Positions 58,918 through 64,000 of a stretch of DNA of 64,000 bases are shown here, in pieces; position 1 is the stretch's first letter; each line of letters opens with the position of its first letter. The stretch is from contig CALRWJ020000007.1 of assembly GCA_943371835.1 (NCBI GenBank), positions 42,564 through 106,563 on the forward strand, in the 5' to 3' direction. The notes beneath the pieces were generated by a model. The model saw only the letters and a list, made by a program, of their open reading frames with translations, made no database searches and was not told the DNA's origin. The position numbers and the translations under genes are program-made. This DNA comes from Afipia felis (GTDB lineage: Bacteria; Pseudomonadota; Alphaproteobacteria; Caulobacterales; Caulobacteraceae).

Positions 58918-59924
58918 CACGCCGGCTCCTGCTGACTGATGCAATGGAAGGATCCGCCGCCCGACAGGATGGCGGTCGACGGCAGGGGAATGATCTCGCG
59001 GTCCGGGAACACGGTCTTCAATCCCTCGCACGCCAGCCGCGCCGCCGTCTCGTCGCCGTAGGTGGGCACGATCACCGCGCCGTTGGCGATCAGGAAATTC
59101 ATGTGGCTGGCCGGCACGGGCCGTTCGTCCTCGTCGCCGACGAAGCCGGGCGACGGCAGCGGCAGCAACGTCAGCGCGCGCCCCTCCGCGTCCGTCATCG
59201 CCGAAAGGGCGCGTGCAACCTCGGCATAGACGTCGTCGTTCGGATCGCCCCGGCCCCAGGCGACGGGGTGGGCGACGACGCCCGGCGCGACGAAGCGGGC
59301 CAGGTTGTCGACGTGGCCGTCGGTGTGGTCGTTCAGCAGGCCGTCGCCCAGCCACAGCACCTTGCGCGCGCCGAGCGACCCGGCCAGCGCGTCTTCGGCC
59401 TTCGCCTCCGTCCAGTCGGCATTGCGGTTCGGGTTCAGAAGGCACTGGCGCGTGGTCAGGATCGTCCCGGCCCCGTCGTGGTCCAGGGCGCCGCCCTCCA
59501 GAATGAAGTCGTGCCGGTCCAGCGGCGTGGCCGACGCCGCGCCGATCTGCGTCGCCACCGCGTCGTCATGCTCCAGCTCGTACTTGCCGCCCCAGCCGTT
59601 GAAGCGGAAAGCCGCCGCGCGTCCCGAGCCCGCGCCGAAGATCGGCCCGGTGTCCCGCAGCCAGATGTCGCCGAACCTGCCGTCGATCACCTCGACCCCG
59701 TCCACACCGGCGAAACGCGCCCGCGCGCCGTCCAGCGCCTCCGGCTTTCCGACCATCAGCTTGACCCGCTCGCGTCCCGGCCCGGCCAGCGCGCGCACCA
59801 GCGCCTCGACCTCGGCCTGGGCGGGCTCCAGATTCTCCTCCCACAGCTCGGCATGGCTGGGCCAGCCGACCCACATGGCGCGGTGCGGCGACCATTCTGC
59901 TGGGACGAAGGCGGTCTGGGTCAT
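58917..59924 (-). CDS. aguA: agmatine deiminase
   Basis: PAEWSPH...WVGWP, WLRDTGP, and C-terminal GGGSFHCISQQ with the catalytic Cys. Confidence 0.9.
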   Translation of the reverse strand: MTQTAFVPAEWSPHRAMWVGWPSHAELWEENLEPAQAEVEALVRALAGPGRERVKLMVGKPEALDGARARFAGVDGVEVIDGRFGDIWLRDTGPIFGAGSGRAAAFRFNGWGGKYELEHDDAVATQIGAASATPLDRHDFILEGGALDHDGAGTILTTRQCLLNPNRNADWTEAKAEDALAGSLGARKVLWLGDGLLNDHTDGHVDNLARFVAPGVVAHPVAWGRGDPNDDVYAEVARALSAMTDAEGRALTLLPLPSPGFVGDEDERPVPASHMNFLIANGAVIVPTYGDETAARLACEGLKTVFPDREIIPLPSTAILSGGGSFHCISQQEPA

Positions 59925-60023
59925 GGTCGGGCGAGGCTCCTTTCGGGCGAGGCCGCGCCATATGGCCACGGCGCGCCGGCTGTTCAACGCCGAAGCCGAC
60001 GGCTCGGCGCCCTCCGCACGCAG

Positions 60024-60052
60024 AAAGGGCGGCCCATTGCGGGGCCGCCCTT
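60024..60052 (-). terminator. probable terminator after the TonB-dependent receptor
   Basis: GGGCGGCCC-N6-GGGCCGCCC, followed by a short T tract on the - strand. Confidence 0.55.
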
Positions 60053-60081
60053 CCCTTAGTTTCGGACCGGAAGACCGCTTC

Positions 60082-62736
60082 TTAGAAGCGGGTGCCGATG
60101 CTGAACACCGCCGTGCGCGGGGCGCCCAGCGAACCCGTGCGGGCCTGACCCGTGCGGTTCACGACGCCCGGGCCCGGGTCCACGTCGATGGTGGTGGCGT
60201 TGTTGCCGGTCGAGATGTTGCCCAGGTACTTCTCGTCGAACAGGTTCGTCACGTTGAACTGCACGTAGGCGTTCTTGATGCCGATGATGTCCGTCAGGTC
60301 GTAGCGGGCGTCCATGTCGACCACGGTGTATTCCGGGAACACTTCGTCGTTGACGTCGGTCGAGAAGCGCTCCGACACGTACTTGGCCTGCAGGCCAAGA
60401 TCGAGGTTCTGGAAGGGGCTCCACTCGATGCGGCCGGCGTAGGTCCACTCCGGCGTCTCGACCAGGGTCTTGCCGGCCAGCGGCAGGGCGGTGGTCGACG
60501 ACAGGGCCAGATCCTGCTGGATCTCGCTGTCGTTGTACGAGGCCGAGGCATAGAGCGTCAGGCTGTCGAACACTTCCCAGCCGATCTGGGCGTCGACGCC
60601 CTTCTGCTTCACCGCGCCGACGTTGCGGTCCAGCGAGATGCCGAAGAAGGGGTTCGGCGTGACGCCGTCTTCCAGGAACAGGTTGTTGTCGAACGACTGC
60701 ACGATGCGGTTGTCGTAGTCGGTGTACCACAGCGCCACCGAGCCGATGACGTTCGAGCTGCGGAAGCGGTAGCCCAGGTCATACGACTTGGTCGTCTCGG
60801 GCTGGACGTTCGAGAAGTCCAGCGAGCCGTCGGCCGCGCGCACCGGCTGGTACAGGTTGTCGGTGCGGGGCACCGAGATGCCTTCGGCGTAGCTGGCGTA
60901 GACCGTGTGCTGGTCCGCGAAGCGCCACGTCGCGCCGACGTTCGGCAGCACGTCCTCGAACTCGACGGTTTCCGAATACGGCGCGATGTACTGGTTGGTG
61001 CCGGTCGAGGCGAAGTAGACGTTGCCGTTCGTCAGAGTCGGACGGCCGGCATACGAGGTGAAGGTCGGCTCGGTCGTGCAGCGGACGGTCGAGGTGCCGT
61101 TCTGCGAGTAGCAGTACTGGTTCAGCTCGCGCTTGAAGAACGGGGCGCGGACGCCGAGGTTGATCGTCAGCGCGTCGTTGAAGAACTGGCCGCGGTATTC
61201 GGCCGCGAACTGGTTCAGTTCGGCGATCGAGAGACGGTCACGGAAGCGGTACAGCGAGCCGTCGGTGCCGAGCACGGCGATGGCCGGCTCTCCGCCGCGC
61301 GGGCTGGAGCTCCAGATGTGCTGCGGCGCGGCGATCTGCTGCATGAAGCTGCCTTCGCCGGTCTGACGGTGACGGCCGTAGTCCAGCGTGTAGGCGACGC
61401 GGAAGCGGTTGTCGTCGTTCAGGTCCCAGATCAGCGAGCTGGTGACGCCGTAGCGGTTCGTGTTGGTGATCGACGGCGCATAGACGTGGACGTTGTCGCA
61501 GGTGTCGCCGTCGCCGTTCAGGTCGACGCCGGTGGTGCGGAACGGCGCGGTCAGGCACTGGGCGTTGGTGATCGCCGACAGGCCGGTGGTGCTGTTGTTG
61601 TTCGCCGCGTTGCGGTCCAGACGGTCGTCGCGCTCGTTCAGCAGGCTGAACGTCGTGCCGCCGGTGGCCAGGGTGTACTGGTAGGACGGGTCGAAGGTGA
61701 AGCGCAGGCTGTCGGTCAGGCCATAGCTGAACTGGCCGCGCAGGTTGCCCGTGTTCGACGGGTTGATGCGCAGGTCGGTCGCGTTGGTGCAGCTGCCCAG
61801 GGCGGTCGTGCCGTCATAGCGCATCTGAACCGACTGGGTGTTCTCGTCCTGAACCGTGCCGTTGCCGCCGGCGGGACGCACGCAGGCGATGTCGTTCTCG
61901 ACGAAGGTGTCGGTGGCGAACTGGGCCAGCGTCGTCAGGCTGTTGTACGAGGCGTTGCGGTTCTCGTTGTAGTGGCCGGCCAGGCTGGCGAAGTTGCCGT
62001 TGCCCAGGTCCTGATAGATGCGGCCGTTGAACTGCTGGCGCTGCAGGTCGCCGTAGCCCTTGAACTTGCTGTATTCCTGGTGCGAGGCCGAAACGAAGGC
62101 CGTGGTGCCCCAGGGGCCGAACTCACCCGTGTCGGCGCGCACGAAGACGCGCTGGAAGTCGAACTCGCCGAACGAGAGAGTGCTCTCGACGCCCGGCTCG
62201 GCGTAGGGACGCGCCGTGCGATAGTTGATGGTGCCGCCGACGGCCGAGGCGGTCGGGCTGTCGACGTCGGTCGTGCCCTGGTTGACCGAGGCGGTCTCGA
62301 TCAGTTCCGGGTCCACTTGCTGGTTCGTGAACACGGCGTAGTTGCCGGTGTCGTTCAGCGGGATGCCGTCGAAGGTCAGCGAGACGCGGTTGCCGTCGAA
62401 GCCGCGCAGACGGATGTTGCCGCCCGAGGCGCCGAACGGGTCGGTGTTGGTGAAGTTCAGGCCCGGGACCAGGTTCAGCGACTGGATCACGGTCTGGCCC
62501 GGGTTCTGGCGGGCGATGAATTCCTGGGTGATGGTCGAACGCGTCTTGGCGACGGTTTCGGCCACGATCACGCCGTCGACCGATTGCGGACCGCGACGGC
62601 CGGTGACGACGACGTCTTCGACCCGGGCGGCTTCGGTGGCCTCGGTGCCCGTGGACTGCGCCGAGGCGGCGCCGGCCGCCGCCAGCGTGGAGACGAGGGC
62701 GGTGGTCGCCCAGAACGCCTTCTTCAGGTTCGACAT
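60082..62736 (-). CDS. TonB-dependent outer-membrane receptor
   Basis: Signal peptide, TonB-box-like EDVVVTG, plug motifs (NIRLRGFDGNRVSLTFDGIPLND) and the C-terminal ...FSIGTRF. Confidence 0.9.
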   Translation of the reverse strand: MSNLKKAFWATTALVSTLAAAGAASAQSTGTEATEAARVEDVVVTGRRGPQSVDGVIVAETVAKTRSTITQEFIARQNPGQTVIQSLNLVPGLNFTNTDPFGASGGNIRLRGFDGNRVSLTFDGIPLNDTGNYAVFTNQQVDPELIETASVNQGTTDVDSPTASAVGGTINYRTARPYAEPGVESTLSFGEFDFQRVFVRADTGEFGPWGTTAFVSASHQEYSKFKGYGDLQRQQFNGRIYQDLGNGNFASLAGHYNENRNASYNSLTTLAQFATDTFVENDIACVRPAGGNGTVQDENTQSVQMRYDGTTALGSCTNATDLRINPSNTGNLRGQFSYGLTDSLRFTFDPSYQYTLATGGTTFSLLNERDDRLDRNAANNNSTTGLSAITNAQCLTAPFRTTGVDLNGDGDTCDNVHVYAPSITNTNRYGVTSSLIWDLNDDNRFRVAYTLDYGRHRQTGEGSFMQQIAAPQHIWSSSPRGGEPAIAVLGTDGSLYRFRDRLSIAELNQFAAEYRGQFFNDALTINLGVRAPFFKRELNQYCYSQNGTSTVRCTTEPTFTSYAGRPTLTNGNVYFASTGTNQYIAPYSETVEFEDVLPNVGATWRFADQHTVYASYAEGISVPRTDNLYQPVRAADGSLDFSNVQPETTKSYDLGYRFRSSNVIGSVALWYTDYDNRIVQSFDNNLFLEDGVTPNPFFGISLDRNVGAVKQKGVDAQIGWEVFDSLTLYASASYNDSEIQQDLALSSTTALPLAGKTLVETPEWTYAGRIEWSPFQNLDLGLQAKYVSERFSTDVNDEVFPEYTVVDMDARYDLTDIIGIKNAYVQFNVTNLFDEKYLGNISTGNNATTIDVDPGPGVVNRTGQARTGSLGAPRTAVFSIGTRF

Positions 62737-62827
62737 GGTTGGTTACATCCCAGCTGATGCGGCAGCCGCCCCAAGCGACCCGCGGATCGAAATCCGGCCC
62801 GCTGTAGGCGCGCATCCAAACGCATCG

Positions 62828-62856
62828 GCGACAGTTGCGTGACAGGGATGTGACAG
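62828..62856 (-). promoter_or_regulatory. Pho box (three PhoB half-sites) upstream of the TonB-dependent receptor
   Basis: - strand reads CTGTCAC-ATCC-CTGTCAC-GCAA-CTGTCGC with exact 11-bp periodicity (+ strand starts 62828, 62839, 62850). Compare the E. coli consensus CTGTCAT-N4-CTGTCAT. Confidence 0.6.
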
Positions 62857-62898
62857 GGATCGAGGGTGGCGCGAGCGCCACACCCGTCGCGCGAGATG

Positions 62899-63516
62899 TC
62901 AGGCCGCCGCCTGGTCGCCCCACAGGGCCTGCAGGCGCGCGTGGCGACCGCAGAATCGGCTGTAGCCCGCGTATCGCACTGGATTGCGGCGCGCGAAGTC
63001 CTGGTGCTCCGCGGCGGCGGGCCAGAACCGCGCGGCGTCCCTGACGGGGGTGACGAAGGTCCCGCGCACCTGCCGAACCGCGACCGCGCGCGAGGCCTCG
63101 GCCACGGGCCGTTGCGCCGCCGTGGCGAACACCGCCGTGCCGTAGTTGGCGCCGCGGTCGCAGAACTGGCCCCGGGCGTCGGTCGGATCGATGCTGCGCC
63201 AGAAGCGGTCGACCAGCTGGCGATAGGTGATGCGGCGGGGGTCGAAGGTGACCTGGATCGCCTCCAGGTGCCCCGTGCCGCCGCGCACGACCTGCTCGTA
63301 GCTGGGATTTTCCACCCGTCCGCCGGCGAAGCCCGACACCGCTGCCGTCACGCCCGGCGTCTCCTCGAAGATCTTCTCCATCGACCAGAAGCAGCCGCCG
63401 GCGAACACCGCCGTCTGGGTCGGACCCGACTGCGCGGGAACCTCGCCGGCGCTTTCGGTCGGCCCGCAGGCGGCGGCCAGCAGAACGGAGATGACGGCGG
63501 CGAGACGGCGGGACAT
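62899..63516 (-). CDS. msrA: peptide-methionine (S)-S-oxide reductase MsrA, exported/lipoprotein form
   Basis: N-terminus with lipobox LLAAAC; catalytic GGCFWS motif. Confidence 0.9.
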   Translation of the reverse strand: MSRRLAAVISVLLAAACGPTESAGEVPAQSGPTQTAVFAGGCFWSMEKIFEETPGVTAAVSGFAGGRVENPSYEQVVRGGTGHLEAIQVTFDPRRITYRQLVDRFWRSIDPTDARGQFCDRGANYGTAVFATAAQRPVAEASRAVAVRQVRGTFVTPVRDAARFWPAAAEHQDFARRNPVRYAGYSRFCGRHARLQALWGDQAAA

Positions 63517-63569
63517 GAGCGGCTCCTGAGGTCGACAGGTTCAGATACGCCGTCGCCCCGCTCGCGGCT

Positions 63570-64000
63570 TCACTCGGCCGTCAGGCGCTCGGCGACGCGC
63601 CGCGCGGTCCGCGCGCGCAGGCGCGGGCCTTCGAAACTGCCGTTGATCTGGGTGCGAGCGATCACCGCGGCGCGGAAGCGCAGGAACAGGTCGGGGTCCG
63701 GGGCCACGGGCGCGTGCCAGAACCGCGCCGTCGGGTTCTGGTCCGTCAGCCCCTCGAAGTCGAAGAAGGCGCGGCCCAGCACCTTGACCGGGGTGCCGAA
63801 CCCCAGCGCCGCCAGGGCCGAACTGGAGTTGTTGACCACCATCCCCCGCGCCGCGCGGCACAGCGGCGCCAGCGCGCCCCCGTCGATGAAGCGCACGCGG
63901 TCGCCGACGCCGTGCGCCCCGGCGATGCGGCGCACCGACCGCCGCTGGTCGATCACGCCCGGGTCCAGCGGATGGTTCTTCACCACCAGACGCACGTCCG
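63570..64000 (-). CDS. capsule polysaccharide biosynthesis protein (KpsS/KpsC, Capsule_synth family), 5' end outside the window
   Basis: VVKNHPLDPG...MVVNNSSSALAALGFGTPV. The ORF stays open to the window edge. Confidence 0.55.
   Translation of the reverse strand, partial: DVRLVVKNHPLDPGVIDQRRSVRRIAGAHGVGDRVRFIDGGALAPLCRAARGMVVNNSSSALAALGFGTPVKVLGRAFFDFEGLTDQNPTARFWHAPVAPDPDLFLRFRAAVIARTQINGSFEGPRLRARTARRVAERLTAE

Overview
High-GC (roughly two-thirds G+C by eye) chromosomal segment. Its gene content and order look like a Caulobacterales alphaproteobacterium (Brevundimonas/Caulobacter-like). That placement is inferred from recognised protein families, not from a database search. I call about 65 protein genes, nearly all core or housekeeping. 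Main blocks, in order: Hsp20; two tandem exported methyltransferase-fold paralogs; Zur and SapC; the complete general-stress-response (GSR) locus phyR / nepR-sigT-phyK; an MHS transporter; gabD; lrp and ald; obg-nadD-rsfS-rlmH-dLytM-ctpA-yibQ-rppH; F1 ATP synthase atpHAGDC; DUF808 and TerC; two periplasmic amidohydrolases; etfBA; a PduO-type adenosyltransferase; phaR; a GT2 plus ArnT-like glycosyltransferase pair with an HMG-CoA lyase; putA; an SQD2-like GT4; DUF2254-phnCDE-pstS-like; ornithine decarboxylase plus a deoxyhypusine-synthase-like gene; aguBA; a TonB-dependent receptor; msrA; and a partial capsule gene. I saw no rRNA, tRNA, CRISPR array, transposase, integrase or prophage signal, and no obvious accessory island or novel multi-gene system. 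The most interesting signals are regulatory or small and are not covered by the ORF track. (1) A ~115-nt highly structured segment with a C7 tract lies between two intrinsic terminators just downstream of phyR and is a candidate GsrN-like sRNA. (2) Three perfect GGAAC-N16-CGTT sigma-EcfG promoters are present, one of them driving a 45-aa entericidin-like lipoprotein gene absent from the ORF track. (3) A ROSE-like RNA thermometer sits in the hsp20 leader. (4) A triple Pho box with 11-bp phasing precedes the TonB-dependent receptor, and a weaker Pho box precedes DUF2254-phnCDE. (5) Two diverged copies of an uncharacterised ~135-aa protein each abut the stop codon of an aldehyde-dehydrogenase-family gene. 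All family assignments come from reading motifs in the translations, and gene starts are often uncertain.
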